Assembly (NCBI GenBank): GCA_001773575.1
Contig: MEXB01000004.1
Coordinates: 10,217 to 74,216 of the forward strand
Reading direction: 5' to 3'
DNA: 64,000 nucleotides
Origin: Candidatus Adlerbacteria bacterium RIFOXYC1_FULL_48_26
Lineage (GTDB): Bacteria; Patescibacteriota; Minisyncoccia; Phycocordibacterales; SBAW01
This document shows, one piece after another, positions 26,694-36,729 of the stretch. Made by a program: the position numbers and the translations under genes. Position 1 is the stretch's first letter. Each line of letters starts with the position of its first letter. The notes below the pieces were generated by a model. The model did no database searches. It was not told the origin of the DNA and saw nothing but the letters and a program-made list of their open reading frames with translations.

Positions 26694-27791
26694 ATGAAAT
26701 TTGAGACCAGTACAACAGAATTTCTCTCCGCGGTGGGGACAGCAACACGTTTTGTTGAACGTCGTGCAAACCTTCCAGTACTCGCTGGAATTTTGATGGT
26801 TGCAGAAGGTGGTCGTCTTACCTTGCGCGCTACTAACCTTGAGTGTGGGGTTGAGATAACTGTTCCGGCAAAAATTACAACTGAAGGTATGGTTGTGGTC
26901 CCTGCTGCAGTGCTTTCAGGATTTTTAAATACAGCACGAGGTAAAACAGTTTCGATCTCTCTTGTAGGAGAAGTTTGTAAGGTGGAGACAGAACGTGCCT
27001 CAGCATCGATTAAAACGCTTCCACACGAAGATTTCCCAGTGCTTCCACGTGTATCCGCAGAACGCTCATTTACTGCTAAGAGCGCGGATCTGGCGCGTGC
27101 AATACGCAGTGTTGCGTACTGTGCATCACTTTCTGCTACAAAACCTGAACTTCAGAGTGTATTGCTTAGTGCTGATGGGGGTAAGCTCACAGCAGCAGCA
27201 ACGGACTCATTCCGTCTTGCGGAGAAGGTGGTACCTCTTCGTGGCGGAGCCTCAACCCCTCAACTTCTTGTTCCTGCGCGTAATGCAGCAGAGCTTATGC
27301 GTATTCTCGATACAGCAGGAGGTGAAGCAGAGATCTACTTCAATGAAAACCAGCTTTCAACCCATGTAGGAACTATTTACTACACAAGCCGTGTTATTGA
27401 TGCCGCATTTCCTAACTACAAACAAATTATTCCAAAGACCTTTGCAACAGAAGCGCTCGTACTACGCGAAGATCTCTCTGTAGCTCTTAAATCAATCAGT
27501 ATTTTTGCAGATAAGTTCTCGCATGTATCTGTGGCCCTCGACCCAGCTAAAAAAATAGTTACGCTTACATCCCGCAACCCAGATGTGGGGGAGCAAGTGT
27601 GCACACTTAAAGCGACTATAACTGGTGAACCTTTCACTATGTCCTTTAACGGCCGTTACCTTGCCGACAGCCTCCAGTCTGCCCAAGGAGAAAGCATTAA
27701 AATCCAGGCTAATGGCCCCGGTAAGGCTATTCTCATCCGCGATGCAGGTGATGACTCATTCTTCTACCTTGCGATGCCAATGAACCGCTAA
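26694..27791 (+). CDS. dnaN: DNA polymerase III beta sliding clamp
   Basis: 365 aa, three-domain clamp sequence, directly downstream of dnaA. Confidence 0.9.
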   Translation: MKFETSTTEFLSAVGTATRFVERRANLPVLAGILMVAEGGRLTLRATNLECGVEITVPAKITTEGMVVVPAAVLSGFLNTARGKTVSISLVGEVCKVETERASASIKTLPHEDFPVLPRVSAERSFTAKSADLARAIRSVAYCASLSATKPELQSVLLSADGGKLTAAATDSFRLAEKVVPLRGGASTPQLLVPARNAAELMRILDTAGGEAEIYFNENQLSTHVGTIYYTSRVIDAAFPNYKQIIPKTFATEALVLREDLSVALKSISIFADKFSHVSVALDPAKKIVTLTSRNPDVGEQVCTLKATITGEPFTMSFNGRYLADSLQSAQGESIKIQANGPGKAILIRDAGDDSFFYLAMPMNR

Positions 27792-28327
27792 TGGCCCTCT
27801 ACTTCATTACAGGAAGTAAAAACAAAGTAGCTGAGGTTCAGTCAGTGCTTCCTGAAATCGAACAGCTTGAAATTCATCTCCCAGAGATTCAAGAGCTGGA
27901 TGCTCATAAAGTAGTTTCTGCAAAACTAGCTGAAGCTCGCCATCATCATAGTGGTGAATGTATAGTCGAAGACACCTCGATATATTTTGAGGGGATGAAC
28001 GGGTTACCAGGACCATTTATTAAATGGTTTTTGGAGGCGTTGGGTTTGGAAAAACTCGCAGAGCTCGGGCAATTCTACGGCGGTAGGGCAGTTGCAAAGG
28101 TTTTGATCGGTTACGCCGATGACAAGGGAACGGTGAAGTTTTTTGAAGGGGAGATGCCTGGAACTATTGTTCCACCACGGACCCAAGCGGGGTTTGGCTG
28201 GGACGCGATTTTTATGCCAGAGGGGTACGACAAAACATTTGGAGAGCTTGGAGTAGAAATAAAAAACACTATGAGTATGCGCGTCCAAGCCGCACGAAAG
28301 CTCAAAGAGTATTTAGATAGTAAGTAA
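27791..28327 (+). CDS. rdgB: Non-canonical purine NTP pyrophosphatase (Ham1/RdgB family)
   Basis: N-terminal ITGSKNKVAE and a DTS..FE motif. Confidence 0.85.
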   Translation: MALYFITGSKNKVAEVQSVLPEIEQLEIHLPEIQELDAHKVVSAKLAEARHHHSGECIVEDTSIYFEGMNGLPGPFIKWFLEALGLEKLAELGQFYGGRAVAKVLIGYADDKGTVKFFEGEMPGTIVPPRTQAGFGWDAIFMPEGYDKTFGELGVEIKNTMSMRVQAARKLKEYLDSK

Positions 28328-28329
28328 CC

Positions 28330-30477
28330 CTACTGCGTAGGGGCAGCAGCACCGCCGTTAGAGGTGAGCCACTGTTGGACTGAGTAGTCCCAACGAGTGA
28401 ACTGGGGGTCGTTTGCCGGGTTTGAAGGCTGTGGACCGTTTGGATTGTCTTTATCTACCCAGTAGAGGATTTCGTGGATCTGGCCATCACTGCCAGGTAT
28501 ATACCATTGTCCGCGAAGGGCAGGCTTAAGCCCACTATTATCAACTTCTGTTCGAGTGAAAGATGCAGTGGGGAGTTTATTCAATGCATAGGCCATAAAT
28601 TCATTCCACATAGGGCCGACGATAAAGCCGGATACTTTACGCACCATCGGCTTGTTGTCGTTGTTGCCCACCCACATACCAACCACTAGGTTCGGTGTAT
28701 ACCCGATGGTCCATGCGTCTTTGTAGTCGTTTGTGGTACCTGTTTTAACTGCAACGTCGTGGCCAGGGAAGGTAAAGAGAGTGTTCTCTCCAAGAGGTGC
28801 TCGTGCAACAGGGTCTGAAAGAATATCGTTTATTTCTCGAGCAACAGTTGGGGGAAGTATCTGAGTCCCTGCAGTTTGTGTATTGTCTTCAATTACATTT
28901 CCATTAGCGTCTTCGATTTTAATAACGCTTAGTGGTTGGTACTTCACACCGTCAGTGGCAAATACGCCATATGCGCTCGACATATCAAGGAGAGTCACTT
29001 CGCCGCCGCCGAGTACCAATGTAAGTCCGTACTGGTTAGCATTGGTGAGAGTTGAAATACCCATAGATTTTGCCAACTCCAAACTGCTGTTAATACCTGC
29101 CAAATAAAGGGCTTTAATAGCAGGTACGTTGATTGACTGTGCAAGTGCGTCACGCAAGGTCATAGGGCCGCGGAACTTGCCGTCATAGTTGTCAGGGGAA
29201 TAGCACGGCGCAACTTTATTTGTGACGTCGTAGGCAGAGCACGATGTTGAGAATTGGGTCTGTGTGTCGAAGACCACAGTGTCTGGTGTGTATCCTTCTT
29301 CAAACGCTTTGGCATATACGAAAGGTTTAAACGAAGAACCTGGCTGGCGTTCGGCCAATGTTACGTTAAAGTTGCCACCAATCTCTGTATCGAAGTAGTT
29401 ACGAGACCCAACCATCACAAGTATCTGTCCGTTGGTGGGGTCGAGTGCGATCATACCGGCATTCGAGGCGTTGAAGTTGGCTTGTTGTGACGCTGCACGC
29501 GCCATCACAATCTCCTGAGCTTTCGCTTGCAGGTCTGCGTCAAGCGTAGTTGTTACTTTCCAGCCGCCTTGCTCCGCTGCCTCAGGACCGTATTTTTGTT
29601 CAAGATATTGCTGAACATAGAAGACAAAGTGAGGGGCTGTTATTGATGATGTGCGCTGGGGAACAAAGGTCACGACCTCGTTTTCTGCTGCAATTCGCTG
29701 TTCTTCTGTCAGGTACCCATGCTCCTCCATTTTTTTAAGCACAAGATTCTTTCGTGCGTCCAACTGATCTTTACGGTTTCCGTATGGTGAATAGCGTGAT
29801 GGGGCAGGCAAGACCGCGGCTAAATATGCAGCTTCAGCAACATTGACCTCGCTCGCATGTTTTCCGAAGAACGTTTGTGCTGCTTGTTCAACACCGTAGA
29901 TATTTCCACCGTATGGAGCGTGGTTGAGATAGAGTTCTAGAATCTGTGATTTTGTAAGCGACTGTTCCACCTTAAGTGAGAGTAGCCACTCTTCGATTTT
30001 ACGAATAGGGCTCTTAGCGCCCGTAAGCAACGTAAGCTTAACCACTTGTTGGGTGATAGTTGAGCCGCCTTGGGAGGCAGAGAGAGTAAGAATGTCCACT
30101 AGTATGGCGCGGAGTATTGCCCTAGGTTTAATTCCGTAATGCTCGTAGAAGGTTGGGTCTTCAATAGCAAGAGTGGCATTCTGAATGTTCTGGCTTACAG
30201 AAGAAAGGGGAATAACGGTTCGGTTAGTGTCGTTGTTTAGGCTATATAGCAGTACGTCCCCTGTACGGTCGTAGATTTTGGTCGACTGTTCAACTTTGCG
30301 CGACTCAAGAGAGGCGAGGTCGGGCACCTTAAGGCTAGAAGCCCATAGAAAAATAAGGCCAAGGAAAAGAAACCCTAAACCGAAGAGCCAGACGAGGGTT
30401 ACACGCCAATGCTTTCGCAAATAACGCCACATTGGTGTTAGTATAGCAGGTATAGATTTATATGGGACTGTTTTCAA
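28330..30477 (-). CDS. mrcA: Class A penicillin-binding protein (transglycosylase plus transpeptidase)
   Basis: GT51 motifs (AIEDPTFYEHYG; GGSTITQQVVK), transpeptidase SxxK (SSFKPF), SxN and KTG. Its N-terminus overlaps the divergent tyrS start, so the real start is probably the internal MWRYLRKHW. Confidence 0.9.
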   Translation of the reverse strand: MKTVPYKSIPAILTPMWRYLRKHWRVTLVWLFGLGFLFLGLIFLWASSLKVPDLASLESRKVEQSTKIYDRTGDVLLYSLNNDTNRTVIPLSSVSQNIQNATLAIEDPTFYEHYGIKPRAILRAILVDILTLSASQGGSTITQQVVKLTLLTGAKSPIRKIEEWLLSLKVEQSLTKSQILELYLNHAPYGGNIYGVEQAAQTFFGKHASEVNVAEAAYLAAVLPAPSRYSPYGNRKDQLDARKNLVLKKMEEHGYLTEEQRIAAENEVVTFVPQRTSSITAPHFVFYVQQYLEQKYGPEAAEQGGWKVTTTLDADLQAKAQEIVMARAASQQANFNASNAGMIALDPTNGQILVMVGSRNYFDTEIGGNFNVTLAERQPGSSFKPFVYAKAFEEGYTPDTVVFDTQTQFSTSCSAYDVTNKVAPCYSPDNYDGKFRGPMTLRDALAQSINVPAIKALYLAGINSSLELAKSMGISTLTNANQYGLTLVLGGGEVTLLDMSSAYGVFATDGVKYQPLSVIKIEDANGNVIEDNTQTAGTQILPPTVAREINDILSDPVARAPLGENTLFTFPGHDVAVKTGTTNDYKDAWTIGYTPNLVVGMWVGNNDNKPMVRKVSGFIVGPMWNEFMAYALNKLPTASFTRTEVDNSGLKPALRGQWYIPGSDGQIHEILYWVDKDNPNGPQPSNPANDPQFTRWDYSVQQWLTSNGGAAAPTQ

Positions 30478-31634
30478 AGAAACCGGCCGTTATAACTGAC
30501 GAAGCAAAAGTAAACGAACTTTTAACGCGCGGCGTTGAAAATCTCGTACCTAAAGAGCTCGCCTTTAAAAAACTTCGCTCGGGCGACCGTCTGCGTGTGT
30601 ACTGGGGGATAGACCCAACAGGTACGCAGATTCATCTTGGGCACACACTCTCGCTCCGAAAGCTCAAAGCCTTTAGTGACCTTGGTCATGAAGTCATTTT
30701 GGTCATTGGAAGTTTTACAGCGATGATAGGCGACCCAACTGGTCGTGATGCCCAGCGCGCACCGCTTACGAAAGAGCAGGTAGAAGAAAATTTCCAAGAC
30801 TACAAACGCCAGGCACAGAAGGTCCTCGATTTTTCTAAAATAGAAATTCGCAAAAATGGCGATTGGCTTTCACCTCTCAATTTTTCAGAGATCATCAAGC
30901 TCGCAAGCAACTTTACGGTTCAGCAGATGTTGAAGCGTGATATGTTCCAGCGCCGTATAGAAGAAGACAAGCCAATTTCGCTCCACGAGTTTCTCTACCC
31001 GTTGATGGTGGGGTACGACTCTGTTGTGCTTGATGTGGATTGTGAGCTTGGCGGCAGTGACCAGGAATTCAATATGCTTGCAGGGCGCCACTTACAGCAG
31101 GCGATGGGTAAGCGCGATAAGTTTGTGCTCACAACCAAGCTTTTGGAGGGCACTGATGGCCGCAAGATGAGTAAGTCTTTCAATAACTGCGTCTACCTCG
31201 ATGACGCCCCTTCAGATATGTACGGCAAACTCATGTCAGTAAAAGATGAATTGCTACCGGTCTATTTTGAATCTGCTACAGATATGCCAATGGAAGAAGC
31301 GGCAGAAATTCTCAAAGGTCATCCTAAAGATGCAAAGATGCGTCTCGCGCGTGAAATCGTAACTATGTACCACAGTAAGGCTGCTGCAGAAAAAGCAGAA
31401 GCAGATTGGACGAATACATTTAGTGAAGGGGGAGTGCCAGAAAATATTCCTACGGTCCCTGCTGGGAAACTGCGCGACCTTGTTGAAGGTGTCTCTATGA
31501 GTGAACTTCGTCGTTTGGTAGAACAAGGCGCAGTCTCTTCCGTTATCTCTGGAAACAAAATAGAAAGCATTGAGGTAGAAATCAAAAACGATACCCTCCG
31601 TATTGGAAAGCATCGTTTTCTAAAAGTAGAATAA
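30462..31634 (+). CDS. tyrS: Tyrosyl-tRNA synthetase
   Basis: GIDPTG..IHLGH (HIGH) and KMSKS motifs. C-terminal S4-like RNA-binding domain. Confidence 0.85.
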   Translation: MGLFSKKPAVITDEAKVNELLTRGVENLVPKELAFKKLRSGDRLRVYWGIDPTGTQIHLGHTLSLRKLKAFSDLGHEVILVIGSFTAMIGDPTGRDAQRAPLTKEQVEENFQDYKRQAQKVLDFSKIEIRKNGDWLSPLNFSEIIKLASNFTVQQMLKRDMFQRRIEEDKPISLHEFLYPLMVGYDSVVLDVDCELGGSDQEFNMLAGRHLQQAMGKRDKFVLTTKLLEGTDGRKMSKSFNNCVYLDDAPSDMYGKLMSVKDELLPVYFESATDMPMEEAAEILKGHPKDAKMRLAREIVTMYHSKAAAEKAEADWTNTFSEGGVPENIPTVPAGKLRDLVEGVSMSELRRLVEQGAVSSVISGNKIESIEVEIKNDTLRIGKHRFLKVE

Positions 31635-31638
31635 GTTT

Positions 31639-31854
31639 TTATTCTTCAGGTTCTTCGCCGAAGCCAGCGGAGAAATCATCATCGTCATCTCCTTCTGCAT
31701 CTTCGTCGTCCTCAGACTCTGCGTCCTCGGTGGCGGTTTCTTCCTCCTCTTCTTCGTCTAGCAAAAACTCTTCTGCAAACTCCTCACTCATATCTTCGTT
31801 TCTTAACTTAATAATTTTAAGCAATGGAATAACTAACAATGAGATTTGTATCAA
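31639..31854 (-). CDS. Small extremely acidic protein (hypothetical)
   Basis: ORF downstream of ruvC. The likely product starts at the internal Met: MSEEFAEEFLLDEEEEEETATEDAESEDDEDAEGDDDDDFSAGFGEEPEE. Weak RBS. Confidence 0.3.
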   Translation of the reverse strand: MIQISLLVIPLLKIIKLRNEDMSEEFAEEFLLDEEEEEETATEDAESEDDEDAEGDDDDDFSAGFGEEPEE

Positions 31855-32327
31855 ATAAACTTATTTGATGCAAGGCATGTCAAGCCAACAGCAATAGCGT
31901 CCATCTCATCGTCTAGACGTTTCTTTTCAGGGATGGTTACAAGGCGGGGGATCATTGCCGCAATAGCGGCCTTGTCGCTCTTGCCGTAGCCCGTAATAGC
32001 CACTTTGACCTGCAGAGGCGTGTATTCGTGCGCTGGAAGCCCCACAGAGCTCGCTATATAAAGGAGCATGCCTCGGACAGCGGCTACATCCATGGCGGTT
32101 TTGGCGTTCTTTTCAAAGAAGACGCTTTCTACTGCAACGCAGCCTGGTTGCCAGGCATCAATAGTTGCCTGCACTGCAACACCAAGCTCTGCTAAACGTT
32201 GAGGGAAGGTGAGTTTTGCTGATGTCCGTACACACTCAGAGTGCAGCAATACTTCTTTGCCGCCGACTTTCTCTACAATAGCAATACCCAAACGTTCAAA
32301 GCCAGGGTCGAAGGCGAGCACTCTCAT
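31851..32327 (-). CDS. ruvC: Holliday junction resolvase RuvC
   Basis: MRVLAFDPGFERLGIAIVE.. RNase H-fold with catalytic Asp/Glu. Confidence 0.9.
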   Translation of the reverse strand: MRVLAFDPGFERLGIAIVEKVGGKEVLLHSECVRTSAKLTFPQRLAELGVAVQATIDAWQPGCVAVESVFFEKNAKTAMDVAAVRGMLLYIASSVGLPAHEYTPLQVKVAITGYGKSDKAAIAAMIPRLVTIPEKKRLDDEMDAIAVGLTCLASNKFI

Positions 32328-32339
32328 AGCACAATTGTA

Positions 32340-32864
32340 CTACGCAGCACTTGTGTAGATTTCACTGACGTCATCGTGTTCTTCTAGTGCGTCAGAGAGG
32401 TCTGCCATTTTTTGGGCATCTTCGTCGGAGAGCTCAATAGGGGAAAGGGGTTCTAGTACGCCCTCAGCATTTTTTTGGAATGCCCACATAGCAGCACCTG
32501 GCGTTGCGATACTCCCACCATGCTGGCTCAAAAGGTGTTTGAGTTCCTGCACTGTGCGGTTGCGTGAGTCTGTGTAGCCTTCAATAATTACCGCACATCC
32601 GCCGGGACCATATGCTTCGTAGACAACTTTTTCAAGTTCTTTTTCTTCAGACTTAGCGAGTGCGCGGTCAATATTGTCGTTAGGCATGTTTGCAGCCTTT
32701 GCCTTTTCAATAGCGGTGCGTACGCCAGGTGCAGTTTTGTCACCCTTCGCTGCTTTCAGTTCAATACTTATAATCTTTACCAACTTACTAAAAAGCTTCG
32801 ACTTCTGTGTGTCGGTTTTACCTTTAGTGTGTTTTAGTTTTGCCCATTTACTATGTCCTGCCAT
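32340..32864 (-). CDS. yebC: YebC/PmpR-family transcriptional regulator (short, 174 aa)
   Basis: MAGHSKWAKLKH.. N-terminus and C-terminal EEHDDVSEIYTSA. Shorter than the typical about 240 aa. Confidence 0.8.
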   Translation of the reverse strand: MAGHSKWAKLKHTKGKTDTQKSKLFSKLVKIISIELKAAKGDKTAPGVRTAIEKAKAANMPNDNIDRALAKSEEKELEKVVYEAYGPGGCAVIIEGYTDSRNRTVQELKHLLSQHGGSIATPGAAMWAFQKNAEGVLEPLSPIELSDEDAQKMADLSDALEEHDDVSEIYTSAA

Positions 32865-32873
32865 ACGAGGATT

Positions 32874-33896
32874 TTACAAAAGTTTTTCGTTTAAGTCAGC
32901 TGGAGGAGTTCTGCCGACATGTCTGTATGCGGCGGCTGTTGCAACGCGGCCGCGAGGGGTGCGCTCTATAAGACCAAGTTGTAGAAGAAATGGTTCGTGG
33001 ACTTCTGCGATGGTTGAAGGCTCTTCAGAAAGAGCTGCGCCAAGCGCGCCAACGCCGGCAGGGCCTCCATTAAAACGATCCATAAGTGCGATAAGAAGTT
33101 TTCTGTCGATCGGTGTAAGACCGAGCTCATCTACCTCAAGCAAGTTCAATGCTGCTGTAACCATCTCTGCTGAGAGGGGAGAACGTTTAAGTTGGGCGTA
33201 GTCGCGGGCGCGTTTCAAAAGGTAATTTGCAGTGCGAGGGGTTGAGCGGCTGCGGCGGGCGATTTCTTTAACGCCGCTTTCTTCAACCTCTGCCCCCAGG
33301 ATATCTGCTGAGCGGCGAACAATATCCGCGATGTTATCTTCTGAGTAAAATTCCAAACGATACACGCCGCCAGAGAAACGTGAACGAAGAGGTGCGGATA
33401 GGTCCGCTACGCGTGTCGTCGCAGCTATCAATGTGAAAGGGGGAAGGGGTAAATCCAACGTGCGCGCTGAAGGTCCTTTGCCAATAATGATATTGAGAGA
33501 GCCAGACTCCATGGCGGGGTAGAGGACTTCTTCAATAGAGCGAGAAAGGCGGTGAATTTCGTCGATAAACAAAATATCACCAGGGGCTAGGTTTGTAAGA
33601 AGCGCTGCTAAATCGCCAACGCGTTCAATAGCAGGGCCTGAGGTTGAGCGAAGCGTTCCGCCAAGCTCGTTTGCGATCAAGTGTGCAAGAGTTGTCTTGC
33701 CTAGGCCTGGTGGGCCATAAAAAAGGATATGTTCAGGAGGGTTTTGGCGCTCTTTTGCAGCACCTAAAAGGATCTTTAAGTTGTTTTTTATTGTTTCCTG
33801 CCCGATATATTCATCAAACGTAGAAGGGCGGAGGGCGGTGTCCAAAAAGGCGTCATTCCGGGGCTGGACAATTGGTTCCTCAGATGTGCTTGACAT
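32874..33896 (-). CDS. ruvB: Holliday junction branch-migration ATPase RuvB
   Basis: Walker [13 protein letters not shown], Walker B FIDEIHR, and a winged-helix C-terminus. Confidence 0.95.
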   Translation of the reverse strand: MSSTSEEPIVQPRNDAFLDTALRPSTFDEYIGQETIKNNLKILLGAAKERQNPPEHILFYGPPGLGKTTLAHLIANELGGTLRSTSGPAIERVGDLAALLTNLAPGDILFIDEIHRLSRSIEEVLYPAMESGSLNIIIGKGPSARTLDLPLPPFTLIAATTRVADLSAPLRSRFSGGVYRLEFYSEDNIADIVRRSADILGAEVEESGVKEIARRSRSTPRTANYLLKRARDYAQLKRSPLSAEMVTAALNLLEVDELGLTPIDRKLLIALMDRFNGGPAGVGALGAALSEEPSTIAEVHEPFLLQLGLIERTPRGRVATAAAYRHVGRTPPADLNEKLL

Positions 33897-34098
33897 GCAA
33901 TATTTACTATGCTAGGATATTCTCAGTTCGGGCTACAGAGATCTCTAAGCAATCTCGGCGTCACACTAAGGACGTTTCGGCATTTACTTTATGTAAATTG
34001 CGGAGGCTATCCTCATGAGTGACACGCTTTTCGACTTGATTGAAATGTTGCTTAGAGATCTCTTGGCCTGAACCTACTCCAACTCTACTCCTCCCTAC

Positions 34099-34137
34099 AA
34101 AACCCGCAACGTTGACCGTTGCGGGTTTTGTGTTTTT
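34099..34137. terminator. Bidirectional rho-independent terminator
   Basis: Perfect hairpin aaacccgcaacg-ttgac-cgttgcgggttt flanked by T-runs on both strands. Confidence 0.7.
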
Positions 34138-34195
34138 GGAGAACTGGCTTTTTATATAAAAGATTGTACAGTGTCACGCAGATTGGAGGTGCACT

Positions 34196-34519
34196 ATGCA
34201 AGTTCCTGCGACGGATTTTGCGACCAGAATCACATGCAACTACTGCAATCAAGTTGTTGCGGAAGGGGACATGGATGTTCATCTGTGTCACGAGATGCCG
34301 AGGCGTATCTGGAATTTCCAGAACATAGAAGTCGTGCATCGGCGTAAGGTCCGAAAGGAGAAAAGGTGCAGGGTTATTTTTCGGACTCTCTACCTTCTTG
34401 TGGCGCTTGTAAGCGTACTTGGCGCAGTATGTACCCACGAGTACGAAAAATATCTTCTGTTTGGAGCGTTGGTGACCGCGGTCACCATGCTTGTTCATCT
34501 TCTTGTGCTGGAGGATTAA
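34196..34519 (+). CDS. Hypothetical small protein: N-terminal Cys/His zinc-ribbon-like motif plus C-terminal TM helix
   Basis: GGAGG RBS 7 nt upstream of the ATG. CNYC...HLCH cluster. Own terminator at 34533-34566. Confidence 0.4.
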   Translation: MQVPATDFATRITCNYCNQVVAEGDMDVHLCHEMPRRIWNFQNIEVVHRRKVRKEKRCRVIFRTLYLLVALVSVLGAVCTHEYEKYLLFGALVTAVTMLVHLLVLED

Positions 34520-34532
34520 GGAAACTATAAAA

Positions 34533-34566
34533 GGCCGCTCACCGAAAAGTGACGGCTTTTTCTTTT
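34533..34566. terminator. Bidirectional terminator (ends pilB and the 34196 ORF)
   Basis: Hairpin gccgctcac-cgaaaa-gtgacggc with T-runs on both strands. Confidence 0.65.
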
Positions 34567-36299
34567 TATATACCTGTATTCAAATCGACCACACGCCCTA
34601 ATTCTTCAAGAGAGGTGACGCCACGAAGAACTTTAAGGATGCCGTCTTCCTGCATAGTAGGAATAGCTTGTGCGCGAGCGGCCATAGCAACTTCGCGTTC
34701 AGATGGTTTGCTGCGCAAGATTTCTTCAACAGGCCCATCCATAAAGATTGCTTCAAACACACCAATGCGGCCTTTGTAGCCGCGGTTATGGCAGACCTCA
34801 CATCCTTGCTCGTTTGCTACTGAAATCGTTGAGTGGTTTTGTGGAATGAGAGATTTATCCAAGATGCCGTTCAAATACGTATCAATTATTTTTTGTTCAT
34901 CAGGAGTTGCTTGGCGGACTTGCTTACACTTTACGCACAACTTTCTAAGAAGACGTTGTGCCATCGCAACGCTCACCGCAGAACTCAAAACTTTTTCGCT
35001 AATACCTAGGTCAATGAGGCGGGGGAATGAACCTGCTGCATCGTTTGTGTGCAATGTAGAAAACACCAAGTGTCCTGTCAGTGCGGCGTTGATAGCCACC
35101 TCAGCCACTTCGCCGTCGCGGATTTCTCCCACCATGATAATGTCGGGGTCTTGGCGGAGTGCGCTGCGAAGGCCGGCAGCGAAACTATAATTTTTCTTAT
35201 CAACCTGTGTTTGAACAATACCGTTCAAGTGATATTCCACAGGGTCTTCAATCGTAATGATTTTTGTTTGCGGAGAATTTACCTTACGCAAAAAGGCATA
35301 GAGCGTAGTGGTTTTACCGGAGCCAGTAGGGCCGGTGGTCAAAATCATACCGTTTGGTTTTGCTACCTCGCGTTCAATACGTGCCAAAAGTTTTGGTTCA
35401 ATACCAAGCTCTTCAAGCGGAACTGAAATTGCTGATGGATTCAAAATACGCATCACCATCGTCTCTGAGTAGTTACCAGGCAACACGGATGAGCGGATTT
35501 CTATTTCCTCACCTTTGATTTTTATACTGAAGCGTCCGTCCTGTGCATCTGCAATGATGTTGAGTTTTAAGCCAGACAAAAGCTTTAAGCGGGAAAGCAA
35601 CAAACGATATGTTTCGTTATCAAGCGCGAGAACGTCAATAAGTACGCCGTCGAGACGGTAACGCAAGCGAACTTGTGTTTCTTCAGGTTCAAAGTGGATG
35701 TCAGACGCACCTGTTGCCATCGCTCCGGCCAAGATAACTTCCAGAATGCGGGTAATGCGGTAGGTGTGCTTTGTTGATTTCACTGCCTCTTGTATGAGGT
35801 TGCCTACGTCTGCCAAGCTCGTGACCTCGGTAAGAAGTTTTTCAAGCTCCTCATTAGAGAGGTTGAATACGCCGGCTTTTGTCTCTGTTGCGTAGGAAAG
35901 TTCTGCGTAACGGTCATACGCACGCTTCAAACTTTCCCCCGATGCCATAAAGAGAACAGGGCTATAGCCAGCTTCGGTAAGGCGCTGAATCTCCATTTTT
36001 ACTTTAGGGTTTTCAGGTGAACGCACTGCAACGCTGATACGTTTGCCAACTTGGCCAAACACAGCCATCTCCGCTTCGCGGGCCATAACTTCAGGAATAA
36101 TACGAAGCGCGTCGGCGCTTACGGCAACAAGAGATAGGTCTATATACTCCACGCCGTATTTTTGCGAGAGCATTTGTGCAAGTTCTTCCTCCTCGCGCTT
36201 TCTGAGGAAATCCAAACGCTTATTTTGTTCTGCGTCTGCAAAGACAACCATGTCTATATAATACAACGCATTTCTGTAAAAATTTGTTAGACTGGCCAA
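34566..36299 (-). CDS. pilB: Type IV pilus assembly / type II secretion ATPase (PilB/GspE family)
   Basis: N-terminal GSPII_E_N-like region, Walker A GPTGSGKTTT, and a C-terminal tetracysteine motif CEVCHNRGYKGR. Confidence 0.85.
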   Translation of the reverse strand: MASLTNFYRNALYYIDMVVFADAEQNKRLDFLRKREEEELAQMLSQKYGVEYIDLSLVAVSADALRIIPEVMAREAEMAVFGQVGKRISVAVRSPENPKVKMEIQRLTEAGYSPVLFMASGESLKRAYDRYAELSYATETKAGVFNLSNEELEKLLTEVTSLADVGNLIQEAVKSTKHTYRITRILEVILAGAMATGASDIHFEPEETQVRLRYRLDGVLIDVLALDNETYRLLLSRLKLLSGLKLNIIADAQDGRFSIKIKGEEIEIRSSVLPGNYSETMVMRILNPSAISVPLEELGIEPKLLARIEREVAKPNGMILTTGPTGSGKTTTLYAFLRKVNSPQTKIITIEDPVEYHLNGIVQTQVDKKNYSFAAGLRSALRQDPDIIMVGEIRDGEVAEVAINAALTGHLVFSTLHTNDAAGSFPRLIDLGISEKVLSSAVSVAMAQRLLRKLCVKCKQVRQATPDEQKIIDTYLNGILDKSLIPQNHSTISVANEQGCEVCHNRGYKGRIGVFEAIFMDGPVEEILRSKPSEREVAMAARAQAIPTMQEDGILKVLRGVTSLEELGRVVDLNTGI

Positions 36300-36300
36300 T

Positions 36301-36729
36301 ATGAAAGTGAAGAAGGAAGGGCTCGGGGAATTAGTGAGGGAAGTGCTTGCTTCAGTAAAGCTCGCTTCAGCATCCGCGACAGTTGTTGCCTTGAAGGGTG
36401 ACCTTGGCGCGGGTAAGACAACCTTTACTCAAGAGTTAGCAAAACAGCTTGGCATTACTGACGCAGTGCAAAGCCCAACATACGTTTTGATGAAGTCGTA
36501 CCCGATCAACTTCAACGGTTTTACAAAACTCATCCATATAGATGCGTACCGTTTGGAAAAACCAGAAGAATTTTCTGCTCTTCAACCAGAAACATTTTTA
36601 CATAATCCAGAAAACCTTGTTGTTATTGAGTGGCCTGAGAGGGTGGAGGGAGTCCTTCCGACCCGAGATTTGCTCATAAACTTCACCCATACGGATTCTG
36701 AGGAAGAGCGGTATATTGAAGTGGTATGA
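36301..36729 (+). CDS. tsaE: tRNA t6A37 biosynthesis protein TsaE (YjeE)
   Basis: VVALKGDLGAGKTTFTQ P-loop and SPTY motif. Confidence 0.8.
   Translation: MKVKKEGLGELVREVLASVKLASASATVVALKGDLGAGKTTFTQELAKQLGITDAVQSPTYVLMKSYPINFNGFTKLIHIDAYRLEKPEEFSALQPETFLHNPENLVVIEWPERVEGVLPTRDLLINFTHTDSEEERYIEVV

Noticed and set aside
28325-28345. Short hairpin taaccctac-tgc-gtagggg at the rdgB / PBP convergent junction as a terminator
   Set aside because: It lies within the PBP coding 3' end, has a short stem and no T-run. This is too weak to call.
34085-34498. 137-aa minus-strand ORF in the ruvB/pilB spacer
   Set aside because: It contains the perfect terminator hairpin (34099-34137) inside its 3' end and has no RBS. 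The plus-strand 107-aa ORF with a GGAGG RBS and its own terminator is preferred.
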